DNA from: an uncultured Thermoleophilia bacterium
GTDB taxonomy: Bacteria > Actinomycetota > Thermoleophilia > UBA2241
Length of the DNA: 64,000 bases
NCBI GenBank assembly: GCA_963717965.1
Contig: CAVQXS010000004.1
Span: forward strand, 81,118-145,117
Direction of reading: 5' to 3'
Below are positions 31,764 to 40,511 of the stretch, piece after piece. The notes beneath the pieces are model-generated. The model searched no databases. It worked only from the letters and a program-made list of their open reading frames with translations, and was not told the origin of the DNA. The position numbers and the translations under genes are program-made. Positions within the stretch are counted from its first letter, which is position 1. The number at the start of each line of letters is the position of its first letter.

Positions 31764-32201
31764 CTACTCCGCGTTGAAGTCGACCGGCTTGTTCTCGCAG
31801 GAGAGCGTGGAGAACCGGCAGAGGGCGCTCGGCGGCTGGAGGACCTTGTCGTCGTCGGCGTGGTGCGTCGCGTCCTCTACGCCCGTCGGAGCATCGAGCC
31901 GGTAGTAGTCGTAAAGAAGGCCCTCGCGGTGCTTCGCGTAGTCCTTGTCCTTCATGTTGTTGGGCGCGCCCGTCAGCTTCTCCATCGTGTAGTGCACCTC
32001 GAGGCCCTTGTCGGTGACCAGGACGTCGGTCACCGGGATGACGCTGAAGAAACCGGGGAAGAAGCTCGTGTCCACGAGCAGCCAGTGCGGCCGCCCGTCG
32101 TCGTCGACGTACAGGTCGCTGATCTCGCCGATCCCGCGGCCGGTCTCGTCGAGCAACTGCCTGCCTTGAAGCTCCTCGGCCGTGAGTGAGATGATGGCCA
32201 T
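31764..32201 (-). CDS. PRC-barrel domain protein
   Basis: ATG 32201 with GGGGAGGGG RBS. PRC-barrel-like N-terminal region (ELQGRQLLDETGRGIGEISDLYVDDDGRPHWLLVD). Confidence 0.7.
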   Translation of the reverse strand: MAIISLTAEELQGRQLLDETGRGIGEISDLYVDDDGRPHWLLVDTSFFPGFFSVIPVTDVLVTDKGLEVHYTMEKLTGAPNNMKDKDYAKHREGLLYDYYRLDAPTGVEDATHHADDDKVLQPPSALCRFSTLSCENKPVDFNAE

Positions 32202-32456
32202 CGTCCCCTCCCCGATAGTCGCCGGCCTGCACGGCCGGGTGATGGTGCATACATGACGCATGCGTCCTACCCTCGGGCGCGCGCCGGTGAACCTGCCGGG
32301 TCGCACGGACGTCCTGTCGACGACCGGAGGGCGCGGACGCGACCGGCCGGCAAATGACCCGGGTGCGCGATCGCGGCGGCCCGGCTAGGATTAAGCTCTG
32401 GTTGCGCGCCGCCGATGACACATCCAGACCCAGGACCGAGCCACGAAAGGCATGAG

Positions 32457-33905
32457 ATGACCGCCGCCCGCCGCACCGCCCTGATCCTCGCGACCACGTT
32501 GCTGTTCGCCATGGCGCTGCTGCCGGCGGCCGCGGGGGCGGCAACGTCCACCCCGCAGCTCGAGCTCGGTCCGCTCAACCCTGCCTTCGTCGAGGCGTTG
32601 CACGATCCGCTGGTCACCGTCGGTCTCGGGAGCTTGCCCAGCCCCATCGAGGTCCGCGTCGGCAGGGCTGCGGTCGCCCGCGCAGCCGCGGCCGACACTC
32701 CACCCGCGTACAGCCTCGTCGACCTCGGCCGGGTCACCAGTCCCGTCAAGGACCAGGGCAGCCACGGCACCTGCTGGGCGTTCGCGAACATCGCCGCGCT
32801 CGAATCGACGATCCTCACAAGAGAGCAGCGAGCCTGGGACCTGAGCGAGGACAACCTCGTCGGGCGCAGCGGCTACTACTCCACCGCGGGCCAGCGCTAC
32901 GACTACGGCGGCTACGACTTCATGGCGGTCGCCTACTTCGCCCGCTGGGCCGGGCCGGTGACCGAGGCCAACGATCCGTACCCGTCGAAGAGGCCGCCGG
33001 CCGTGAACCGCGTGCGCAAGCACGTCCAGGCCGTGGTGATGATCCCGGGCCGCGCGGCGGACCTCGACAACGACCTCGTCAAGCAGCTCGTCATGGCCAA
33101 CGGCGCGCTCAGCGTCGGCATGTGGTGGGACCCGGACGCCTACGACGGCACGACCTCGGCCTACTTCTATCCCGCTGCGCACTGGGAGAACCACGGCGTC
33201 AGCATCGTCGGCTGGGACGACGACTACCCGGCCTCCGACTTCGGGGCCGGCACGGTGGCGCCGGGAGGCGACGGCGCCTTCCTGGTGCGCAACAGCTGGG
33301 GCGAGGGCTTCGGGATGAAGGGCTACTTCTGGGTCTCGTACTACGACCAGGCCTTCGCCCGCGATCAAGGGTTCGGCACCTACGGCGGGGGCACCTCGTA
33401 CGCGGAAGTCGGGACCGTCGACAACTACTCGCGCAACTACGGCTACGACGAGCTCGGGGTCACCGATCGCACCGGCTACCGGGACGGTTCCCCCATCTGG
33501 GCGGCCAACCGCTACACCGCGAAGAGCGTGCGCAGTATCGTCGCCGTCGGCTTCTACACCCTGTCCTCCGGTACGCCCTACGAGGTGTGGGCCGGGCGCA
33601 GCCTCAAGACGCTCACCAGGCGCAGCACGGGCACATCCACGCTGCCGGGCTACGCGACGGTCAGACTCGACAAGCCCCTGTCCGTGGTCAAGAACGGGCG
33701 CTTCGTCGTCGCCGTCAAACTCACCTCGCCGGATGGGACGCTCCCGCTGGCCCTCGAACGACCGGCCATCAAGACGGACGGATTCCAGTCGGGCGCGACG
33801 GCCCTCCGTGGGCAGAGCTTCGTCGGACCCAAGCGCTGGCGGCTACGCGACCTGACCTTCGTGTTCCCTCAGGCCAACGTCTGCCTGAAGGCCTTCGCGC
33901 GGTGA
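32457..33905 (+). CDS. Secreted papain-like (C1 family) cysteine peptidase with C-terminal extension
   Basis: Signal-like N-terminus (RRTALILATTLLFAMALLPAAAGA). Catalytic Cys motif QGSHGTCWAFA. Downstream His/Asn region. Confidence 0.85.
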   Translation: MTAARRTALILATTLLFAMALLPAAAGAATSTPQLELGPLNPAFVEALHDPLVTVGLGSLPSPIEVRVGRAAVARAAAADTPPAYSLVDLGRVTSPVKDQGSHGTCWAFANIAALESTILTREQRAWDLSEDNLVGRSGYYSTAGQRYDYGGYDFMAVAYFARWAGPVTEANDPYPSKRPPAVNRVRKHVQAVVMIPGRAADLDNDLVKQLVMANGALSVGMWWDPDAYDGTTSAYFYPAAHWENHGVSIVGWDDDYPASDFGAGTVAPGGDGAFLVRNSWGEGFGMKGYFWVSYYDQAFARDQGFGTYGGGTSYAEVGTVDNYSRNYGYDELGVTDRTGYRDGSPIWAANRYTAKSVRSIVAVGFYTLSSGTPYEVWAGRSLKTLTRRSTGTSTLPGYATVRLDKPLSVVKNGRFVVAVKLTSPDGTLPLALERPAIKTDGFQSGATALRGQSFVGPKRWRLRDLTFVFPQANVCLKAFAR

Positions 33906-35602
33906 GGCCCGCGGCGGCGTGCGCGCACCGCGGCGCCTCGCGGCCCTTTCGCCTGCGGGCCGTCCTCTTCGACTTCGACGGCACCCTGACGCGCCCCGGC
34001 GCGCTCGACTTCGCCGCCATCAAGCGCGAGGTCGGCTGCCCGCCGGACCGCTTCGTCCTCGAGTGGATCCAGGCCCTCCCCGCGGGAGCGGCGCGAGACG
34101 CGGCGGCGGACGCCCTGGAGCGCTTCGAGTTGGCCGCCGCCGACGCCTCGGAGCCCAACGACGACGCCGAGGAGCTGGTGCGCGGTCTTCGCGCCGCCGG
34201 CCTCGCCGTCGGTGTGCTCACACGCAACGGGCGCGCGGCCGTCGACCGCGCGCTGCGCCGGTTCAGCTCGCTCACCGCGGACGATTTCGATGTCCTGGTG
34301 ACCCGGGACGACGGCCTCGCGCCCAAACCCGCGCCCGACGGAGTCGTCCACGCGGCGCGGATCATGGGCGCGGCGCCGGAGGAGACGCTGATGGTCGGTG
34401 ACTACCTCCTCGACATGCAAGCGGGGCGGGCCGCCGGCTCCGTCACCGCCTTCCTCGTCAACGGGGGAGACGCCGCGACGAGCGTCGACGGCGCGGCGCC
34501 CGACGCGGCCGGCGAAGCGGCGCCCGACGCGGCCGACTGCGACTTCGTCGTCGGCCGCTTGGGCGAGCTGGACGAGGTCGTCCGGCTCGGCCTCCCGCTC
34601 GCGCCCGGCAAGCTGCCCAACGACCTGTTGGCCGGGTTCCTCGGCGGACTCGCCGGCGACCCTGCCGTGCTGGTGCCCCCGGCGGTCGGCGAGGACGTGA
34701 CCGCGCTCGATCTGGAGGGGGCCGAGCTGCTCGTGGCCCACGGCGACCCGATCACGCTCGGCGGCGTGGCTGTGGGACGCGCGGCGGTGCTCGTGAACGC
34801 CAACGACATCGCCGCCGCCGGCGCGGAGCCGCGCTGGATCCTCGCGACGCTGCTGCTGCCGGCCGGCACGACCCCGTCGCAGGCGCTCGCCCACCTTGAA
34901 GGCCTGGCCGCGGCGGCCGCCGAAGCCGGCATCACGGTGGCCGGCGGCCACACGGAGATCACTGCCGCCGTGACCCGGCCGGTCGCCTCGCTGACGGCGC
35001 TCGGCACCCTCGGCCGCGCCGAGCTCAAGGACAAGCGCTCGGCGCGATCCGGCGACCGCGTGCTGCTCACCAAGGAGCTGGCGATGGAGGGCACGGCCCT
35101 GCTCGCCGAGGAACTCGGCGAGCGCCTCCGTGCCCTCGGCATGAGTCCCGAGGAGCTCGGCGCCTGCCGCGCGCTCCAGGCGCAGACCACCGTCGTGCCG
35201 GAGGCCCGCATCGCCCGCGGCGTCGCCGGCGTGCGCGCCATGCACGACGTCACCGAGGGGGGCCTCGCCACCGCGCTGCGCGAGCTGGCCGCCGCCAGCG
35301 GCCGCGGGGTGCTCGTGCACCGCGACCGTGTGCCCGTCGCGGCGGCGACGCGACGGGTCTGCGAGCTCCTCGGCGCCGATCCGCTCGGCCTCATCGCCTC
35401 GGGCAGCCTGCTCATCTGCTGCGACCCGGCCGAGGCCGCCGCGCTGGTGGACGAGCTCGCCGCGGCCGGCATCGCGGCGGTGGACATCGGTGAGCTCACG
35501 GAGGAGGGCGCCGGAGTCGCCGCGCTGAAGCGCGGCCGGCCGGCGCCCTGGCCGGCGTTCGCCACCGACGAGGTCGCGCGGCTCTTGAACTCCGGGGAGT
35601 GA
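33902..35602 (+). CDS. Fusion protein: HAD-superfamily hydrolase domain + AIR-synthase-related (PurM-like) domain
   Basis: HAD motif I LFDFDGTLT and motif IV-like MVGDYLLD. C-terminal PurM-like N and C domains (AVGEDVTALD…LVNANDIAAAGAEP…HDVTEGG). GTG 33902 overlaps the previous stop. Confidence 0.75.
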   Translation: MRPAAACAHRGASRPFRLRAVLFDFDGTLTRPGALDFAAIKREVGCPPDRFVLEWIQALPAGAARDAAADALERFELAAADASEPNDDAEELVRGLRAAGLAVGVLTRNGRAAVDRALRRFSSLTADDFDVLVTRDDGLAPKPAPDGVVHAARIMGAAPEETLMVGDYLLDMQAGRAAGSVTAFLVNGGDAATSVDGAAPDAAGEAAPDAADCDFVVGRLGELDEVVRLGLPLAPGKLPNDLLAGFLGGLAGDPAVLVPPAVGEDVTALDLEGAELLVAHGDPITLGGVAVGRAAVLVNANDIAAAGAEPRWILATLLLPAGTTPSQALAHLEGLAAAAAEAGITVAGGHTEITAAVTRPVASLTALGTLGRAELKDKRSARSGDRVLLTKELAMEGTALLAEELGERLRALGMSPEELGACRALQAQTTVVPEARIARGVAGVRAMHDVTEGGLATALRELAAASGRGVLVHRDRVPVAAATRRVCELLGADPLGLIASGSLLICCDPAEAAALVDELAAAGIAAVDIGELTEEGAGVAALKRGRPAPWPAFATDEVARLLNSGE

Positions 35603-35617
35603 CGGCAGCCGCGGCCC

Positions 35618-36151
35618 TCAGAGGGCCGTGAGCTGCCAGTCGATGTTCATCTCGTCGCAGAGCCCCGCGATCGCCTCGCGCAGCCCCGCGACGGAGGTCG
35701 CCGCCGGCACCGAGATCACGAGCTCCATCTCGAACAGCGGCGCGTTGGTGTAGGGCGCCGGGCGGAGCGAGGAGTCCACGCTCTCGATGTTGACGCCCAT
35801 CTCGCCCAGCAGGTGCGAGACCGACTGCATGAGACCGGGGTGGTCCATCGCCCAGGTGTTCAGGCGGAAGGGCAGGGCCGGAGGGCGCGGGGCGCCGCCG
35901 GAGTCGGCGGGCCGCAGCTCCGCGTGCACGTGGCTGCGGCGGCGCAGGGCTCCCAGCCCGTCCTGCAGGCGGCTCATCGCCTCGTCGCTCCCGGCGACCA
36001 GCATCATCATCGCGAACTGGCCGCGCAGGTTGACCATGCGGCTGTCCTCGAGGTTGCCCCCGCGCTCGGTGATGTACAGCGTGACCTCGTCGACGAGGCC
36101 GGGGCGGTCGTCGCCGACGGCGGTCAGCACGGCGTGGTGAGTGGTATCCAT
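35618..36151 (-). CDS. ACT-domain protein (GcvR-like, two ACT repeats)
   Basis: AVLTAVGDDRPGLVDEVT… and a second ACT-like repeat. ATG 36151. Confidence 0.7.
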   Translation of the reverse strand: MDTTHHAVLTAVGDDRPGLVDEVTLYITERGGNLEDSRMVNLRGQFAMMMLVAGSDEAMSRLQDGLGALRRRSHVHAELRPADSGGAPRPPALPFRLNTWAMDHPGLMQSVSHLLGEMGVNIESVDSSLRPAPYTNAPLFEMELVISVPAATSVAGLREAIAGLCDEMNIDWQLTAL

Positions 36152-36230
36152 GCGAGAGACAGTACCGGCATCGCCGGCGAAAGACAAAGCCCCGCCGTCC
36201 GAGGCTGCTTCCGGGCGGTATAGTGGAGGC

Positions 36231-38093
36231 GTGACACGATCGTTCAGAGCCGACCTCCACGTCCACTCGACCAACTCCGACGTGTCGGGCAACGCGCGCA
36301 TCCGCGTCCTGCGCAGCGCCGAGTCCTTCACGGATCCACTGGAGCTCTACGAGGCGCAGCGCGCCCGAGGGATGGACTTCGTCACGATCACCGACCACAA
36401 CACGCTGGCCGGATCGCTGGCGATCGCCCACCTGCCCGGCACCTTCCTCAGCACCGAGTTCGACAGCTGGTTCCCGGAGGACGGCGCGCGCGTGCACGTG
36501 GTCGCGCTGGGCATCGGCGAGGCGACGTTCGCCACCGCGAACGAGGCGCGCGCCAACGTGCACGACCTGGTCGCGTGCCTGCGCGAGGCGGGCGTCGTGC
36601 ACTACCTCGCGCACCCGCTCTTCGACATGTCCGGGCGGCTCACGCCGGAGACGGTGGAGCGCATGCTGCTGCTGTTCAACGTCCTCGAGGGCCGCAACGG
36701 CGCCCGCACCAGCCGCTGCAACGGCCTCCTGCGGGCCATCGTCGCGACGCTCACGCCGGAGCAGCTGTGGGCCATGGCCGAACGCCACGGCATCGAGCCA
36801 TACGGCGAGACGCCCTGGCACAAGGCGCTCACCGGCGGCTCGGACGACCACAGCGGGCTCTTCTCCGCGAGCGCCTACACGGTCGCCGGCGGAGACGGGA
36901 CCGCGGAGGGCTTCTTGCGCGCGATCGCCGCCGGCGACTGCGACCACGGCGGCGCCGACGGCGACGCGCGGCTGCTCGCCCACAGCATCTACGCCGCCTC
37001 GTTCTGGCGCATCCGCGAGCTCCTGCGCCTCGACGAGGCGGAGCGGCGAAAGCGCGCCCTCGGCCTGCTGCGCAAGGGCTTCGGGCGCATCGGGCGCGAC
37101 GTGCCGGTGCTCGAGAAGACCCTGCGCGGCGTGCGCAGCCTCGCCCCCGGCCTCTACCGCGACGGCGACCCGCGTGGCCCCGCCTGGGAGAAGCTGCTCG
37201 AGCGGGAGATCGGCAGCCTCATCGCCGACCCCGACGGCCTCAACGCGGTGGACGCCAAGGAGCTCAACCGGCGCCTCTTCGTGGTCGCGCAGCGGCTCGC
37301 CGACGACGTGACGAGCCTCCACCTGCGGCCGCTGCTCGAGCGGGACGCGCGTCTCGGACTCAAGCGGCGGCTGCAGAGCATCTACGCCGTCGGCATGGTC
37401 GCCTTCCTGGAGCTGCCCTACTACTTCGCCTGGAGTTTCCAGAGCCGCGACCGGGCGTTGCAGGAGCGGCTACGCGCCGCCTTCCTCGGGGAGCGGCGCC
37501 ACAGCCAGCGGGAGAAGGTCGCGGTGCTGTGCGCGTCGCCGGCGTGCCGCGCGGACGAGGTCCGCGCCGCGGCGGCAGCGGCGACGCCTGCGGCGGCGAC
37601 GGGCCGTGCCGCCGCGCGCCACGACATCGAGGTGACCCTGATCACCTGCTCGGCGGGCCAGGAGCCGGCGCCCGGCGGCACGGTCGACTTCCGCGCGCTC
37701 GCCTGGCGGCCCTCACCGAACGGCGCCGGACCGCAGTGGGTGGTCCCGCCGCTGGTCGAGGTCGTCGACTTCCTCGAGGAGGAGGACTTCACCGCCCTCC
37801 ACACCGATTCGACGGCGGGTCAGGGACTGCTGGCGCTCGCGGCGGCGCGGCTCCTGCACCTGCCGCTGACCGGCGCCGTGGACCCGGCCGGCTTGAAGGC
37901 GCCGGGGGGACGCGGCGACCTGTCCGGCCGGCTGCGGCGCCGCTACCTGGCCTGGTTCTGCGCCCGGCTCGACGAGGCCTACGTGCCGACCCGTGCCGCG
38001 GCGCGCGCCCTCGTGGCCGGCGGCGTCGACCCGGGGCGCGTCACGCTGCTCCCGCCGTCGGAGAACGCCGGCGGCAGGGCCGACCGGGGCTGA
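36231..38093 (+). CDS. PHP (polymerase/histidinol-phosphatase) domain protein with long C-terminal extension (partial GT-B-like region)
   Basis: PHP metal motifs (DLHVHSTNSD…DFVTITDHNT…HYLAHP). GTG 36231 preceded by TATAGT and GGAGG. Confidence 0.7.
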   Translation: MTRSFRADLHVHSTNSDVSGNARIRVLRSAESFTDPLELYEAQRARGMDFVTITDHNTLAGSLAIAHLPGTFLSTEFDSWFPEDGARVHVVALGIGEATFATANEARANVHDLVACLREAGVVHYLAHPLFDMSGRLTPETVERMLLLFNVLEGRNGARTSRCNGLLRAIVATLTPEQLWAMAERHGIEPYGETPWHKALTGGSDDHSGLFSASAYTVAGGDGTAEGFLRAIAAGDCDHGGADGDARLLAHSIYAASFWRIRELLRLDEAERRKRALGLLRKGFGRIGRDVPVLEKTLRGVRSLAPGLYRDGDPRGPAWEKLLEREIGSLIADPDGLNAVDAKELNRRLFVVAQRLADDVTSLHLRPLLERDARLGLKRRLQSIYAVGMVAFLELPYYFAWSFQSRDRALQERLRAAFLGERRHSQREKVAVLCASPACRADEVRAAAAAATPAAATGRAAARHDIEVTLITCSAGQEPAPGGTVDFRALAWRPSPNGAGPQWVVPPLVEVVDFLEEEDFTALHTDSTAGQGLLALAAARLLHLPLTGAVDPAGLKAPGGRGDLSGRLRRRYLAWFCARLDEAYVPTRAAARALVAGGVDPGRVTLLPPSENAGGRADRG

Positions 38094-38126
38094 GCGCGGC
38101 GCGCGGCGCGGCGCGCCGAGCCGGCC

Positions 38127-38798
38127 CTACTCGGCGTCCGCGAGCAGCGCGTAGATACGCTTGCGCGACTCGCGCAGGATCTCCAGGGCCTTCTGCACAT
38201 CGTCAGACGAGCCGGCCATGCCGACCTGCTTGACGGCGGCGCCGAGCTGGAAGACCGCCTGCCGCAGCGCGAAGCGCGGGTCCTGCTCGCCGCCCTCGGC
38301 GCCCCAGGGCGAGTCGCCGAGGCGTTCCTTGGCGCCCGCCGCCTCGCCGGCGCCGGCCTCGGTGAGCGAGAACACGCGCTTGCCCTCGGCCTCCTCGCCC
38401 TTGATGAGGCCCTGGTCCTCGAGCAACTGAAGCGTCGGATATACCGACCCGGGGCTCGGCCGCCAGGCGCCGCCGCTCCGCTCCTCCAGTCGCTGCATGA
38501 TCTGGTAGCCGTGCATGGGCTCCTCGGTAAGGGCGATCAGGATGGCCGCGCGCACGTCGCCGCGGCGCGCGCGCGACCACGGGCCGCGCCCGTGACCGTG
38601 GCCACGCCCGTGCCCACGGCCGCAGCCGGGGCCGTGCCCACGGCCACCCTGGCTGGAGCCGGGGGCGTGACCGCCACCGCCCTCGCCGGAGCCGGGGCCG
38701 CCGAACTTGAAGCGCGTGGGGCCGCAGCCCTCGCCGCGCGGCGCCCCGCCGCGACCGCGCCGGTCGCCGGGACGCTCTTGCGTCATTCTTCCGTACAT
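38127..38798 (-). CDS. PadR family transcriptional regulator with N-terminal Gly/His-rich low-complexity region
   Basis: PadR wHTH (AAILIALTEEPMHGYQIMQRLEERSGGAWRPSPGSVYPTLQLLEDQGLI). N-terminal GRGHGPGCGRGHGRGHGHGRG. ATG 38798 with AAGGAGAG RBS. Confidence 0.8.
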   Translation of the reverse strand: MYGRMTQERPGDRRGRGGAPRGEGCGPTRFKFGGPGSGEGGGGHAPGSSQGGRGHGPGCGRGHGRGHGHGRGPWSRARRGDVRAAILIALTEEPMHGYQIMQRLEERSGGAWRPSPGSVYPTLQLLEDQGLIKGEEAEGKRVFSLTEAGAGEAAGAKERLGDSPWGAEGGEQDPRFALRQAVFQLGAAVKQVGMAGSSDDVQKALEILRESRKRIYALLADAE

Positions 38799-38815
38799 GA
38801 TTCTCTCCTTGTAGC

Positions 38816-38840
38816 GTTGCATCACGATATATCGTAATGC
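38816..38840. promoter_or_regulatory. Near-perfect 24-bp palindrome GCATCACGATATATCGTAATGC (core ACGATATATCGT), candidate PadR operator in the PadR/thrC divergent region
   Basis: Read directly. AT-rich core in a 72% GC background, 18-40 bp upstream of the PadR start codon. Confidence 0.5.
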
Positions 38841-38935
38841 ATCGTGACGACATGTCAAGCGCGTCTCTGCGGGATGGCCGGGAGTGGGGGACGGAGCCCA
38901 TGTCGCGGCCGCCTTTGTGTAGAATCCCCGGGGCC

Positions 38936-40468
38936 ATGATCCGGTACCGAGACACCCGCGGCGCCATCGACCGGCCGCGCCGCTTCACAGAGGCGATCCT
39001 CGAGGGCATCGCCCCGGGCGGCGGCCTCTTCGTTCCCGAGCGGCTCCCGGCCTTCTCCGTCGACCAGGTGATCGCGCTGGCGGCGCTCCCGTACCACGCG
39101 CGCGCGGCGGCGGTCTACGAGGCCTTCGGCCTCGACGTGGCCGCCGCGCGGACGCGCGAGATCGCCGCCCGCGCTTACGGGCCCAACTTCGACGACCCCG
39201 AGGTCGCCCCGGTGCGCGACGTGGCCCCGGGGCGTCACGTGCTCGAGCTCTGGCACGGCCCGACGCTGGCCTTCAAGGACATGGCGCTCCAGTGCATGCC
39301 GCTGTACTTCAGCGAGGCGCTCGAGCAGGCGCACGCCGGCGGCGACGGCGGTCTCGACTTCCTGATCCTGGTGGCGACCAGCGGCGACACCGGCGTGGCG
39401 GCGCTCAACGGCTTCGCCGATCGCGCCCACACGAAGATCTGCGTCTTCTACCCCGACGCCGGCGTCTCCGCATTGCAGGAGCTGCAGATGGTCACGCAGC
39501 CGGGCGAGAACCTCACCGTCTTCCGCCTCGGCGGCGACTTCGACGCCTGCCAGAACTCCGTCAAGGCGGTCTTCGACGACGGCGTCTTCGCGACCGAGCT
39601 CGCCGAGCGGCACCGGCTCTCGCTCAGCTCGGCCAACTCCATCAACTGGGGGCGCCTGCTGCCGCAGATCGTCTACTACGCGAGCGGGTACGCCGACCTC
39701 GCCGCGCGCGGCGCGGTGGCGGCCGGCGAGCCCGTGGACGTCTGCGTCCCCACGGGCAACTTCGGCAACATCCTCGCCGCCTACTACGCCAAGCGCATGG
39801 GCGTGCCGCTGGGCCGGCTCCTCTGCGCCAGCAACACGAACAACGTGCTCTTCGACTTCCTGTCGAGCGGCGTCTACGACATCGCCGGGCGGTCATTGGT
39901 CAAGACGCCTTCGCCGTCGATGGACATCCTCATCTCGTCCAACCTCGAGCGCCTGCTCCACGACCTCAGCGGCGACGCGACGCTCATCGCCGCCTGGATG
40001 CGGGAGCTGAGGACGACGGGCCGCTTCGCCGTCGACGACGCGACGCGCCGCCGGCTGCGCGCGGAGTTCACCGGCGAGTGGGTCGACAACGACCAGTGCC
40101 TCGAGACGATCGGCCGCGTGCAGCGCGAGCGGGGCTACCTGCTCGACCCCCACACGGCGGTCGCCTGGGAGGCCGCCGAGCGCCTGGCCGGCGACGCGCC
40201 TCTGCTCATCGCCAGCACGGCGCACTGGAGCAAGTTCGCGGCTGACGTGGTGCGCGGCCTCACCGGCGTGCCCGCCGGCGCGCCGGTGCCCGGCGCCGCG
40301 CACGACCTCGAGCTGCTCGACCGCGTCACCGACCTCGCGCCCGGCGCGAGCGTTCCGCCGCAGCTGCGCGCCATGCGTGCCCGCCCGCGGCGCTTCGACG
40401 CGCGCGTCGAGGCCGGGCGCGAACCCGTGGAGACGAGCCTCCGCGAGTGGCTCGCAGGGACGGCCTGA
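38936..40468 (+). CDS. thrC: Threonine synthase
   Basis: PLP-lysine motif (HGPTLAFKDMALQ). Full-length long-form ThrC homology pattern. TAGAAT -10-like element about 10 nt upstream of the ATG and no SD, so possibly a leaderless or short-leader mRNA. Confidence 0.9.
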   Translation: MIRYRDTRGAIDRPRRFTEAILEGIAPGGGLFVPERLPAFSVDQVIALAALPYHARAAAVYEAFGLDVAAARTREIAARAYGPNFDDPEVAPVRDVAPGRHVLELWHGPTLAFKDMALQCMPLYFSEALEQAHAGGDGGLDFLILVATSGDTGVAALNGFADRAHTKICVFYPDAGVSALQELQMVTQPGENLTVFRLGGDFDACQNSVKAVFDDGVFATELAERHRLSLSSANSINWGRLLPQIVYYASGYADLAARGAVAAGEPVDVCVPTGNFGNILAAYYAKRMGVPLGRLLCASNTNNVLFDFLSSGVYDIAGRSLVKTPSPSMDILISSNLERLLHDLSGDATLIAAWMRELRTTGRFAVDDATRRRLRAEFTGEWVDNDQCLETIGRVQRERGYLLDPHTAVAWEAAERLAGDAPLLIASTAHWSKFAADVVRGLTGVPAGAPVPGAAHDLELLDRVTDLAPGASVPPQLRAMRARPRRFDARVEAGREPVETSLREWLAGTA

Positions 40469-40511
40469 GGGACTCCCGCGCCCCCGCGGAAGAGGCGAGC
40501 GGCCGGGCCGC

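Noticed and set aside
38600-38760. Tandem nucleotide repeats inside the PadR gene
   Set aside because: They encode the Gly/His low-complexity N-terminus (GHGRG units) in frame, so they are a coding repeat rather than a non-coding repeat element.
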